Shown here piece after piece: positions 1-8,253 of a stretch of DNA of 64,000 nt (the stretch's first letter is position 1; each line of letters opens with the position of its first letter). Origin of the DNA: a virus; IMG/VR virus record IMGVR_UViG_3300028394_002011; one strand, 5' to 3'. A program made the translations under genes and the position numbers. Below the pieces are notes generated by a model, which was not told the origin of the DNA, did not search any database, and worked only from the letters and a program-made list of their open reading frames with translations.

Positions 1-877
1 CTAACGGGACGTCATAACAGCTATACGATCGTTTTACTTCATTACCTCTTATTATAACACTTTGATAACCCGAATTACAAGTCCAATTGGTAAATTCATT
101 AAATCCAAAAGCATTAAACCTTTCAGCTTGGTCAAATAGGTATTCGTCACCTTGTGAATCGTATAACGCCACTTGATAAACTTCCTCATCATCGGTACGT
201 TGAGGAAACCCTGTTTGCATTTTATATATCATATCCTCATTATACCCCTCTACAATTGCGGTTGCTGACGGATTGCTTTGCGGTTTCAATGTAACGTTGA
301 TGCCTCGGCTATGAAATCGTTCCATGCGGTCGTATAACTCATAAAACTTTTCAGGCACCATTACTTGATTGATTGTAACATGTACTAGTTCATACATTAA
401 CTGTAAACACTTGTCGCCAAACTCTTGCTCTTTGGCAAACTCATCGTGATAACTGGCCGTGATACTCCTGCGTTGTAGCATTTCAGTATTAGTACACCAA
501 GTGTTCCACCACTTACTTCCTGGCGACAAATTAGTTGTCATGTGTATACTTTGATAGGGCGTTTGTACTCCGTCATCCAAGTATTTGGTTAGTTCTAGTA
601 AATGTTTATATGCAGTAGGCTCACCTCCACTGAACGACCAGTGGAACTGGTTAAACCCATTGGCTCGTGCTTGACGCTTAATCTCGTCTACAGTAGATTT
701 ATATACTTCAAATGGTTGGTGATCCATTTGGTCACTGCGAGCATAGGGCCAACAGTAACTACAATTATAGTTACAAAACCTACCTAGGATCCAACTGGTA
801 GAAAATAATGGTTTGGTTAACATTGTACGCTGTCCAAAACGTACAATATTCTTGAATGGAATATCTGTAAAGTTCAT
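1..877 (-). CDS. Radical SAM protein, truncated by the left window edge (not in the ORF track)
   Basis: Manual translation from ATG at 877: MNFTDIPFKNIVRFGQR...ILGRFCNYNCSYCWP (CxxxCxxC)...FSGGEP...HMTTN; the frame stays open to position 1. Confidence 0.9.
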   Translation of the reverse strand, partial: MNFTDIPFKNIVRFGQRTMLTKPLFSTSWILGRFCNYNCSYCWPYARSDQMDHQPFEVYKSTVDEIKRQARANGFNQFHWSFSGGEPTAYKHLLELTKYLDDGVQTPYQSIHMTTNLSPGSKWWNTWCTNTEMLQRRSITASYHDEFAKEQEFGDKCLQLMYELVHVTINQVMVPEKFYELYDRMERFHSRGINVTLKPQSNPSATAIVEGYNEDMIYKMQTGFPQRTDDEEVYQVALYDSQGDEYLFDQAERFNAFGFNEFTNWTCNSGYQSVIIRGNEVKRSYSCYDVPL

Positions 878-883
878 CGCGTA

Positions 884-889
884 TATTTA
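884..889 (-). promoter_or_regulatory. Candidate T4-like late promoter core (TAAATA), 6 nt before the ATG, no Shine-Dalgarno
   Basis: TATTTA on the + strand; the same motif recurs before many genes in the window. Confidence 0.5.
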
Positions 890-934
890 ACCGCTATATT
901 ACTAGCCAAAAAATTATGAGGTCACCAAAAGCAT

Positions 935-963
935 TTGACTTTAATCCAAAATGGCTATATAAT
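935..963 (+). promoter_or_regulatory. Sigma70-type promoter for the tRNA-like RNA and downstream genes
   Basis: TTGACT-17 nt-TATAAT. Confidence 0.85.
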
Positions 964-969
964 TACATG

Positions 970-1065
970 GTAGATGTGAGTGGAATCTGGTAGACCTCCA
1001 GCTTGCTGGGAACAGGGCTAGGCTATTAGCTGCCTTTGTAGGTTCGAATCCTACCATCTACACCA
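970..1065 (+). tRNA. tRNA-like RNA (class II/Leu-like frame) with a non-canonical anticodon arm; isotype undetermined
   Basis: Acceptor stem GTAGATG/CATCTAC, discriminator A, encoded CCA; T arm GTAGG-TTCGAAT-CCTAC; Leu-like D loop GGAATCTGGTAGAC; anticodon arm folds as TCCAG-CTTG-CTGGG (4-nt loop); long variable arm. Confidence 0.75.
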
Positions 1066-1094
1066 TTTTTAATTACACACAGAAAGAGGCACAT

Positions 1095-1427
1095 ATGAAA
1101 AAGGCACTGATAGTATTGTTAATGTTTGTGGGAACAGTTCAGGCTAGCGAACAGTTTTCTACAAATTCTAATGTTGTTACAACTAGTACCATCAAGTGGA
1201 TACAAGTTGACAATGTATTCGAAGCTTGCGATACTGAAAGTAAAAATCGTGGCAACGGCGGTTTTGCAAGATTAGGTTCAGGCCAAAAGATGGACGGTTG
1301 TTCTTTTTGGTCTAACACTACTCCAAACAAAACTAATATGTGTACTATTATCACAGCAAAGACTACAGACCACGATACAGTAGGTCACGAAGTCCGGCAT
1401 TGTTTCCAAGGCAATTTCCATAAATGA
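1095..1427 (+). CDS. Small secreted protein with HExxH motif (possible zincin-like metalloprotease)
   Basis: Signal peptide MKKALIVLLMFVGTVQA; GHEVRHC near the C-terminus; SD GAGG. Confidence 0.65.
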   Translation: MKKALIVLLMFVGTVQASEQFSTNSNVVTTSTIKWIQVDNVFEACDTESKNRGNGGFARLGSGQKMDGCSFWSNTTPNKTNMCTIITAKTTDHDTVGHEVRHCFQGNFHK

Positions 1428-1978
1428 AAAAAATAGCATCAAGTCCAGAACGACATACCTTTCAAAAAGAAGGGTATGTTAAACGCTGTGAGGAAGAGGG
1501 TAAACTTCCTAATCCTGAATATGTTGCTATGTATAAATCTTGGCGAGAACAGGAAGCAGAACAACTAAAAGATCCAGAATGGCAACAGGATAATATGGAG
1601 TATGACCTCCGTAGTACCAAATGGATTTGCGATAAAGTCAAGACCAGTGATAACTATGCTCAAAACTTGTATGCCGCAATGTGCAATCAGGAATGGCGCA
1701 AACGAGATCTATGGCCAGAAATGAAAGAAGAAAATTGGGGTTGCAGTTGGCGTAGTGCCGGTGGCATTGTTGCAAACATGCGAGAACAAGGTGACTACAT
1801 CGATTGGTATTGTAGCGGTATTGGCAATCCAGAATTAGGCAATGGTTTAGATGGAACTGTGCCGGATGTCTCTGATGGTCGTACCTATGTTCCAGAAGGT
1901 CAAGTAACTGAAGAAATTGAATTAGATTTAAATCGATTGGGATGGAGACCAGTTCCTTATAAAGACGAAGAACTATAA
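1424..1978 (+). CDS. Hypothetical phage protein
   Basis: 184 aa ORF, ATGA-like overlap with the upstream gene. Confidence 0.8.
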   Translation: MKKIASSPERHTFQKEGYVKRCEEEGKLPNPEYVAMYKSWREQEAEQLKDPEWQQDNMEYDLRSTKWICDKVKTSDNYAQNLYAAMCNQEWRKRDLWPEMKEENWGCSWRSAGGIVANMREQGDYIDWYCSGIGNPELGNGLDGTVPDVSDGRTYVPEGQVTEEIELDLNRLGWRPVPYKDEEL

Positions 1979-1980
1979 AG

Positions 1981-1986
1981 TAAATA
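1981..1986 (+). promoter_or_regulatory. Candidate late promoter core TAAATA, 5 nt before the ATG at 1992
   Basis: TAAATA-CTATT-ATG with no SD. Confidence 0.5.
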
Positions 1987-1991
1987 CTATT

Positions 1992-2162
1992 ATGGAAAAA
2001 CTAACATTTTTAGCAGAAGAAATTTTTGAAGATATTCCTGGAGACCCGGATAATGTCATGATGAAAATTCCACCGGAGATTTGCGAAGCACAAGGATGGG
2101 TTGAAGGTACTACACTGAATATTCAGGTGGAAAATGGAAAAATGATCATTAGCAAAGCATGA
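1992..2162 (+). CDS. AbrB/MazE/SpoVT-like small DNA-binding protein, 56 aa (not in the ORF track)
   Basis: MEKLTFLAEEIFEDIPGDPDNVMMKIPPEICEAQGWVEGTTLNIQVENGKMIISKA: the IPxEI..xGW.EG.xL.....G...I pattern; ATGA overlap with infA. Confidence 0.65.
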   Translation: MEKLTFLAEEIFEDIPGDPDNVMMKIPPEICEAQGWVEGTTLNIQVENGKMIISKA

Positions 2163-2377
2163 GTAAAGACGACTTACTTGAATTAACTGGACAGGTTACT
2201 GAAGTATTGCCTGGTAACATGTACAGAGTACAGTTGGACGATAATCAACATATCATATTGGCTTATCTAGGTGGCAGATTAAAACAACACAAAATTAAAA
2301 TTATTTTAGGCGATAAAGTCCGAGTGGAAGTAAGCACTTATGATTTATCAAAAGGTCGCGTAACGTATAGGTTATAA
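2159..2377 (+). CDS. infA: Translation initiation factor IF-1
   Basis: G.V.EVLPG.MYRV.L......LAY..G......IKI..GD.V.VE.S.YDL.KGR..YR, 72 aa. Confidence 0.93.
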   Translation: MSKDDLLELTGQVTEVLPGNMYRVQLDDNQHIILAYLGGRLKQHKIKIILGDKVRVEVSTYDLSKGRVTYRL

Positions 2378-2378
2378 A

Positions 2379-3047
2379 ATGAATGCCGTAATGGAAACTG
2401 TCAGTGCTGTTTGCAATCAAGTTAGACGCAAAAGTAAACTCGGTTCCAGTTTCCAAAATCTAGTAGTATCTCTTCGTAGAGAATTTAGGTTGGCAAAATT
2501 TAATTTAAAAATTAAATCCACTAGAGATAAAGTACTAGGGCCCGAAGAATTTTATGTTAACGCATATTATGATGCCGAAGAAGATCAAAATAACGAAACA
2601 CCTATAGAAGTAGTTGTGCATCATAATTTTGATAATACAGTTATTTGGGATACTACACAAACTACAGAATTCTTAATTCAAATTTTTGACGCCACTATAC
2701 ATGAATTCAAACACCAACGACAAAGCGTAAAACGAAAATATGTAATCTATTCAGACTACGTTAAAAAACCCTACAAAGATTATTTAGAAGAAGACGACGA
2801 AATTGATGCTTATGCATTTAGCATAGCCGTTGAACTATGTCGTGCTTTAGGAAAATATCGTGCATTACGATATATGCATAGGGTATCTTCTCTAGCCAAA
2901 TTAAAGTTTAATGGCAAATTCGTTAGTCCGTGTTTGGCTTCTTATTTTGGACAGTTTGGAGATTTAACCAATCCTGTAATCAAACGGCTAACCAAAAAGG
3001 TCTATGTACGCCTGCAAAAGATTGACACAGATGCCGTCTTCGTGTAA
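2379..3047 (+). CDS. Hypothetical HExxH protein, paralogue of 10740..11465
   Basis: ATIHEFKHQRQ...Y....DEIDAYAF matches VVLHEIVHQRQ...Y...RDEMGAHAF in the paralogue. Confidence 0.75.
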   Translation: MNAVMETVSAVCNQVRRKSKLGSSFQNLVVSLRREFRLAKFNLKIKSTRDKVLGPEEFYVNAYYDAEEDQNNETPIEVVVHHNFDNTVIWDTTQTTEFLIQIFDATIHEFKHQRQSVKRKYVIYSDYVKKPYKDYLEEDDEIDAYAFSIAVELCRALGKYRALRYMHRVSSLAKLKFNGKFVSPCLASYFGQFGDLTNPVIKRLTKKVYVRLQKIDTDAVFV

Positions 3048-3050
3048 AAT
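3022..3050 (+). promoter_or_regulatory. Sigma70-type promoter embedded in the 3' end of the upstream gene
   Basis: TTGACA-17 nt-TAAAAT. Confidence 0.8.
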
Positions 3051-3083
3051 ACAAAGTATATTAACTCACATACAGAGAGCAAA

Positions 3084-3776
3084 ATGGCTAACAAAGAGTT
3101 TCCAACCCAACAAGTTCTAGAGCTGGCTTGTGCGGCACAACGAGTAAACGGTGCTTATATCAAGGAAGCACAGGCTGTTTACTCGGACGACAATATCTAC
3201 ATGTATTCCAAACAGACCAATAAATTAATGATGTTGTGTACACTCGATCCTGCCATTTGGACTGCCGATCCTAAAGAAGCACCAATGCCTTTAAAGGTAC
3301 TTGCCGAAGATACTGCTCTAGCAGAAGAAATCAAAAAACATTTTCGAAAATTCTTGTTCAGTGCTATCGAAGGTGAGAATGATTTTCAAACTAATATAAA
3401 CACAATACTGTCGGGCGATACAGTTAAACAAAATCAATTTGGTTATGTGGCTTGCTTGCCCAGTGTATATGTAAGAGACATTGCTCAATCTAAAGTTAAG
3501 AAGGCCGCACGGTCAGTTGAAGAAGGTTACTTGTCAGATATTGGTAGTAATCTTAAAGACTTGGATGCAGAAATAATTTCCTCAATCAAGTCAAAAAACT
3601 TTGAAGGTTACAATATAGATGCTATAATCAACAGTAAGATGTGCTCTTGGCTAAACAAAACTAACTTGCAGTTGGGTGCATGTATTATTGTCAAAGCCAA
3701 AGTTAAAGATCACTCTAAACACTGGAAGCACGGCAACGATGTTACTAGACTTAACTACGTAAAGGCGGCACAATGA
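3084..3776 (+). CDS. Hypothetical phage protein, possible C-terminal OB fold
   Basis: 230 aa ORF, SD GAGAG; beta-rich C-terminus ending TRLNYVK. Confidence 0.75.
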   Translation: MANKEFPTQQVLELACAAQRVNGAYIKEAQAVYSDDNIYMYSKQTNKLMMLCTLDPAIWTADPKEAPMPLKVLAEDTALAEEIKKHFRKFLFSAIEGENDFQTNINTILSGDTVKQNQFGYVACLPSVYVRDIAQSKVKKAARSVEEGYLSDIGSNLKDLDAEIISSIKSKNFEGYNIDAIINSKMCSWLNKTNLQLGACIIVKAKVKDHSKHWKHGNDVTRLNYVKAAQ

Positions 3777-3991
3777 CATACTCCTGGATTTTAATCATAG
3801 CAATGTATAGCCCTGCTGGAGACTTCATGGGGAAGAATACTGTAGGCTTCAATAGTCAAAAAGATTGTGAAGCTGTGAAAATACAATTGACTAATTTAGA
3901 TCATCCAATGAAAGTACGTCACAAAGGTTTATGCGTAACTCGAGAACATTGGGAAGGCAAGAAACAAATGCCCGGTGTAGCTTACGATTAG
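3773..3991 (+). CDS. Small hypothetical protein
   Basis: ATGA overlap; 72 aa. Confidence 0.7.
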   Translation: MTYSWILIIAMYSPAGDFMGKNTVGFNSQKDCEAVKIQLTNLDHPMKVRHKGLCVTREHWEGKKQMPGVAYD

Positions 3992-3998
3992 GATTAAT

Positions 3999-4166
3999 AT
4001 GAAAATCAAATTTGATAAAAATACCATGCCCGACGAGTTGTACAATTCACTGTTACAACATTTTGTAAATGAAGCAGTTGGGTTAGGTATCGAAGTTAAT
4101 AAGTTTACACAATTCAACAATTGGGTTGTTGAATGTACAGTAGACGCAAAGGAATCGGTACATTAA
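3999..4166 (+). CDS. Small hypothetical protein, 55 aa (not in the ORF track)
   Basis: MKIKFDKNTMPDELYNSLLQHFVNEAV...; SD AGGA; fills the gap between neighbours. Confidence 0.65.
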   Translation: MKIKFDKNTMPDELYNSLLQHFVNEAVGLGIEVNKFTQFNNWVVECTVDAKESVH

Positions 4167-4167
4167 T

Positions 4168-4608
4168 ATGAACAATGAAGATCAAGAATTTATAGATTAT
4201 GAAACATTTGCCCAACGTTTGGAGAAGTCCTATCCTAAAATGTATGAGGGCAAGTACGGCGGGTTTGCTGTAGGCAAGGGCTGGTATCCAATCATTGAAC
4301 GATTAAGTTCTAGCATCCAGCAACACATTGAATTTGCTAACAGGGAAACTGAAGTTTGCCCACAAGTTGTTGTAATGCAAGTTAAAGAAAAATTTGGCGG
4401 ACTACGATTCTACTATGAAGGCGGAGATGACTATGTTCATGGGCTAGTTAGTATGGCAGAATCTTGGGCAGATATTGCCTGCGAGGTTTGTGGCGGTATT
4501 GGTAAACGCCGTAGTGGTGGCTGGGTGCGTACATTGTGTGATGTACATGAAGCAGAGCGTAATGCTCGAATTGAAGAACAATGTAGAAAGGATGGATTAG
4601 AGTTATGA
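4168..4608 (+). CDS. Hypothetical phage protein
   Basis: QVKEKFGGLRFY motif and C-terminal CxxC...TLCxxH. Confidence 0.8.
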   Translation: MNNEDQEFIDYETFAQRLEKSYPKMYEGKYGGFAVGKGWYPIIERLSSSIQQHIEFANRETEVCPQVVVMQVKEKFGGLRFYYEGGDDYVHGLVSMAESWADIACEVCGGIGKRRSGGWVRTLCDVHEAERNARIEEQCRKDGLEL

Positions 4609-4766
4609 TTAAACTTAAACAAATTTTATCAATTGCAATTTTAATAATGTGCGTTTTTCAAGTATTTGCCACTTGGGAAACTCCTGCAAACGCAGGCTGG
4701 CTGGTGGCCTTGATTGGCTGGATTGAAGTTACTTTTTATCAACGTAAAGAAGGATTAGTACAATGA
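4605..4766 (+). CDS. Small two-helix membrane protein, 53 aa (not in the ORF track)
   Basis: Hydrophobic ORF with ATGA overlaps at both ends. Confidence 0.6.
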   Translation: MIKLKQILSIAILIMCVFQVFATWETPANAGWLVALIGWIEVTFYQRKEGLVQ

Positions 4767-5365
4767 TTACAATGAAAGAATGGATGGAATTGGTTGACTA
4801 TAAAATTACCGAAGGCAGTGAATATGGTTGGAGTTGTTACGGCCCAAACGCCTATACACTAGATTCTTGGAATGGTGTCCATGGTGCAGGCGGCTACAGT
4901 TTCAGTATTGTGTTCAGTACCAAGAGCCAAAAAGTATACGAAGTCAGTATGTGCGACTATACTAATGACCGTGCTTATCGTATGATCAATCCAAAAAATC
5001 AGGAAAAACATCGCAAGGAAGCACTAGCTCGTGATGTTAATTTGAATGAAGCGTGGGATTGCGTTGACTATGTTGATTTGGATATAGTGGATGACTTCAT
5101 CCAAAAGGCACTGGCAATTCGTGCTGGTGAGACTTATGATACACGGGTGCAGGTTCCGGTTGACTTTTCGGATGAAGAACTGTTACAATATATGAAACTA
5201 GCGCATGAGCGTGATATGACTTTTAACGAGCTTGTTGAAGAAGCATTGCGTCATGCTATTGCAGAAGTTGAAGCGGGGCGTCTCACTAAAAAAGATGCTC
5301 AAAATTTTGTTTTGGAAAGTCAAGGTACATCTTGGCCATTTGAGAAAGAAGACGATGAGGATTAA
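4763..5365 (+). CDS. Hypothetical protein with C-terminal ribbon-helix-helix-like segment
   Basis: VPVDFSDEELLQYMKLAHERDMTFNELVEEALR. Confidence 0.7.
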   Translation: MITMKEWMELVDYKITEGSEYGWSCYGPNAYTLDSWNGVHGAGGYSFSIVFSTKSQKVYEVSMCDYTNDRAYRMINPKNQEKHRKEALARDVNLNEAWDCVDYVDLDIVDDFIQKALAIRAGETYDTRVQVPVDFSDEELLQYMKLAHERDMTFNELVEEALRHAIAEVEAGRLTKKDAQNFVLESQGTSWPFEKEDDED

Positions 5366-6209
5366 ACTTGTATCGGATCTCCATTTGGAGTTTTCCGATA
5401 TCATGATTCCAAATGATCAAAACTATGATGTTTTGATTCTTGCCGGCGACATTATGGTTGCCACGGATCTTCACGATCATCCTGAGATGGACTATAGCAT
5501 GTATTCCAATGTTAACTTGGAAGGGCTCGGACGCAGACAACAAACTGCTCAGCGATTTCGTGACTTTTTGAAGCGTTGTAGTTTCCAGTTTCCACATGTT
5601 ATATACGTTGCCGGTAACCATGAGTTCTATCACGGTAAGTGGAATCAAAGTTTAACTACACTTAGCAATGAGTGTGCCAAGTTTCCCAACGTCTACTTTC
5701 TTGAAGCAGGCTCAAAGAAAATTGATGATGTAACTTTCATTGGTGGTACATTGTGGACTGACATGAACAAAGGCGACCCGCTGACACTTCATTCAGTACG
5801 TGACATGATGAATGACTTCCGTGTTATCAAAAAGGATCTTGAAGGTTATACTAACCTCAAGCCTCACGACACAGTGGTTCGTCATCGTCATATGCTTGGC
5901 TACATTAAAACTGTAGTGGCAGAACGGCCTGATGAAAAGTTTGTTGTTGTAGGACATCACAGTCCAAGTTTCCAAAGTGTCCATGAAGGATACAAACATG
6001 AAACTTTGATGAACGGTGCTTACCACAGTGACTTGAGTGAATTCATCCTGGATCGTCCACAGATCAAACTGTGGGTACACGGACACACCCATCATCCGTT
6101 TGATTACATGATTGGTGAAACTAGAGTTGTATGTAACCCACGTGGTTACGAAAACGATGGTTACAGCGAAGATACAGGCTGGAACCCAAATATTTTATTG
6201 GAAGTGTAA
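5355..6209 (+). CDS. Calcineurin-like metallophosphoesterase (start reassigned to 5355)
   Basis: MRIKLVSDLHLEF, LAGD, GNHE, VVGHH, HGHTH motifs. Confidence 0.92.
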   Translation: MRIKLVSDLHLEFSDIMIPNDQNYDVLILAGDIMVATDLHDHPEMDYSMYSNVNLEGLGRRQQTAQRFRDFLKRCSFQFPHVIYVAGNHEFYHGKWNQSLTTLSNECAKFPNVYFLEAGSKKIDDVTFIGGTLWTDMNKGDPLTLHSVRDMMNDFRVIKKDLEGYTNLKPHDTVVRHRHMLGYIKTVVAERPDEKFVVVGHHSPSFQSVHEGYKHETLMNGAYHSDLSEFILDRPQIKLWVHGHTHHPFDYMIGETRVVCNPRGYENDGYSEDTGWNPNILLEV

Positions 6210-6820
6210 TGCTTACAATAACTGAAATTGTTCCATTCAAAGATGCTGTATGGATTGGAGAACTCGGAGGTGTTGATCTTGAAAAATTGTTTGCATTTGC
6301 AAACGAGATAAAACAAGATCAACCTGCTGGAGTTGCTGTATCAAATCGTGGCGGATGGCAAAGCAATTCGTTTTGGCCTCACAATGTTGACCACTACTCG
6401 AATTCAGATGAATTCCAAAAATTGCTTGGAGTATTATCTGGCTTAATTCGAGAAGGTGTGAATCATAGTTATAAAACATCGGAACTGTTTGAAATTGAGC
6501 CAGGAAACTCCTGGTTCAATTTTAATTTGAAAAACGATTATAACATATTGCACAATCATCCGGGATCAGTTTTTTCATCAGTGGTGTATTTGACAGATGA
6601 TAATAGCCCGTTGGTGTTGTCTGATGTAGGGTCTTCGAGAAACACGTCGGTGGCTGTAACCAAAACTGCCAATATATTTCAAACACAATTTAGATACACA
6701 CCAAAAAAAGGCGACTATATAATTTTTCCAGGTTGGTTCTTACATCATGTGGAACAGAACAATAGCGATAATTTGCGGGTTAGCCTTGCAACCAATTTTA
6801 AAATTCATACGGAGAATTAA
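6209..6820 (+). CDS. Putative 2OG-Fe(II) oxygenase (TIGR02466-like)
   Basis: W.N....DYN..HNHPGS..SSVVYL and IFPGW..H.V....S...RVSLATN. Confidence 0.8.
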   Translation: MLTITEIVPFKDAVWIGELGGVDLEKLFAFANEIKQDQPAGVAVSNRGGWQSNSFWPHNVDHYSNSDEFQKLLGVLSGLIREGVNHSYKTSELFEIEPGNSWFNFNLKNDYNILHNHPGSVFSSVVYLTDDNSPLVLSDVGSSRNTSVAVTKTANIFQTQFRYTPKKGDYIIFPGWFLHHVEQNNSDNLRVSLATNFKIHTEN

Positions 6821-7000
6821 ATGACAACAGAAAACAAACAAGAAACAATCAAAGTAGCAGACATGATTAGAATCACTGCGGAAAATCAAACAATTTTTCT
6901 AACTCAAATTGCCGATCATATTGACAAGTTAGAACAATCTATAGTACAATTAACAAATAGAATATCCGATCTGGAAAGCAAAGCCGATGACCTTAAATGA
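6821..7000 (+). CDS. Small coiled-coil protein, 59 aa (not in the ORF track)
   Basis: SD GGAG; heptad pattern IDKLEQSIVQLTNRISDLE. Confidence 0.65.
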   Translation: MTTENKQETIKVADMIRITAENQTIFLTQIADHIDKLEQSIVQLTNRISDLESKADDLK

Positions 7001-7301
7001 AAACGATTTTAAGCTATTTAAAAAATGGCTTAGGTCACATTTGAAATTTGGACCTGTTACAGTTACCTTTACCAAAAAGGACGGTACTGAACGAGTTATG
7101 AAATGCACAACCAATCCTACATATATTATGTTTAAGGAACCAGCATCGGTTGAAGCTAAAAGAGAAAAGAAAATTAACGAAGATGTAATGCCTGTATATG
7201 ACATGGAGGCTGGACATTGGAAGAGTTTTCGTTGGGACTCAATTAAATCTGTTTCATTCACATTAGGTCAAGCATATGAGCACAGTAACGAGACACAGTG
7301 A
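6987..7301 (+). CDS. WYL_2/Sm-like SH3 beta-barrel phage protein (DUF2693-like)
   Basis: VTVTFTKKDGTERVMKCT...VYD.E...WKSFRWD. Confidence 0.75.
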   Translation: MTLNENDFKLFKKWLRSHLKFGPVTVTFTKKDGTERVMKCTTNPTYIMFKEPASVEAKREKKINEDVMPVYDMEAGHWKSFRWDSIKSVSFTLGQAYEHSNETQ

Positions 7302-7515
7302 TAGATGCACAGTTAAACAGGCCGCTACTGGCAAAGAAGTAGATGGTGAAGTTATGGCGTTTAACGAAGGTCGTAACTTGACTGTGGTCATGAATAAATC
7401 AGTCAAATTGTTAATGAACTGGAATGGCCGCACATATGAAGGCCGTGCCGCTGGTATGGACTTTACCAGCGATGGTCCAACTGTTACTAAAACCAAAACA
7501 AGCACAAGAGGCTAA
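7276..7515 (+). CDS. Hypothetical protein
   Basis: 79 aa ORF in operon context. Confidence 0.65.
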   Translation: MSTVTRHSDRCTVKQAATGKEVDGEVMAFNEGRNLTVVMNKSVKLLMNWNGRTYEGRAAGMDFTSDGPTVTKTKTSTRG

Positions 7516-7516
7516 C

Positions 7517-7831
7517 ATGTCAGCTTACATGGCATACTTTGATACATTGGGTTTTGAATGGATCTTTAATGTAACCGAATACGAAAAGAAAAAGTTTTGG
7601 GCGGTGTTAAAAGGTGACGAGAAGGTTGACTTCCCTATACCCAGATATGCTATAATAAGAGCACAAGCTAACCCGCAACGTTTTCCTGAAATTTGGGCTT
7701 TCGAAAGCGAAATCAGTTTGGACGAGTTAAATGAGTATGCCAAAGATCAACCGCAGGAATTGGCAGACGCCATTAGGCGTTGTGGACAGAATGTATTTAA
7801 AACACCTAAAACCGAAAGTGTGATTGTATGA
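7517..7831 (+). CDS. Hypothetical protein (start reassigned to 7517)
   Basis: SD GAGG before the ATG at 7517; ATGA overlap downstream. Confidence 0.65.
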   Translation: MSAYMAYFDTLGFEWIFNVTEYEKKKFWAVLKGDEKVDFPIPRYAIIRAQANPQRFPEIWAFESEISLDELNEYAKDQPQELADAIRRCGQNVFKTPKTESVIV

Positions 7832-8253
7832 AAATTGGTCTAAGCTATAGCCGTTGCGTTTTGGACATTGTTGAAGGTCGTGTGGACATTGACGATGTTT
7901 TGGTTCTTATTACCCGTACGGATTTTGATCCTCGAGTCGATGAAGAGTGGATAGGTATTTGGCAAGGATACACATTGGGTGGATTGAGTAACCCTGAGTG
8001 GGCCAACTATGATTTGAATAACAAAGATCATGAAGACAAATTCCGTAGCATCAGCATCATGCTCTACGAAGATGGTAAGATGCATCAGCCACGCAAATTT
8101 GGTGCTCATCCAAGGCGCCGTCCAGAAATTTGGTTGGAAGCAGTATTACCCAACAGTGAATTGGAAAACAATCCAGCAGTTAAAATGGCTTGGGATAAAT
8201 TCCAAACTTTGGCCAGTTTGTCTGGTGTCGACTTGAATGACAAATATCAATGA
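7828..8253 (+). CDS. Hypothetical phage protein
   Basis: 141 aa, ATGA overlaps at both ends. Confidence 0.75.
   Translation: MKIGLSYSRCVLDIVEGRVDIDDVLVLITRTDFDPRVDEEWIGIWQGYTLGGLSNPEWANYDLNNKDHEDKFRSISIMLYEDGKMHQPRKFGAHPRRRPEIWLEAVLPNSELENNPAVKMAWDKFQTLASLSGVDLNDKYQ

Noticed and set aside
602-787. 61 aa plus-strand ORF
   Set aside because: Antisense shadow of the minus-strand radical SAM gene that the track missed because it runs off the window.
5232-5354. N-terminal extension of the metallophosphoesterase
   Set aside because: Overlaps the previous gene by 134 nt; the family motif starts at the ATG at 5355.
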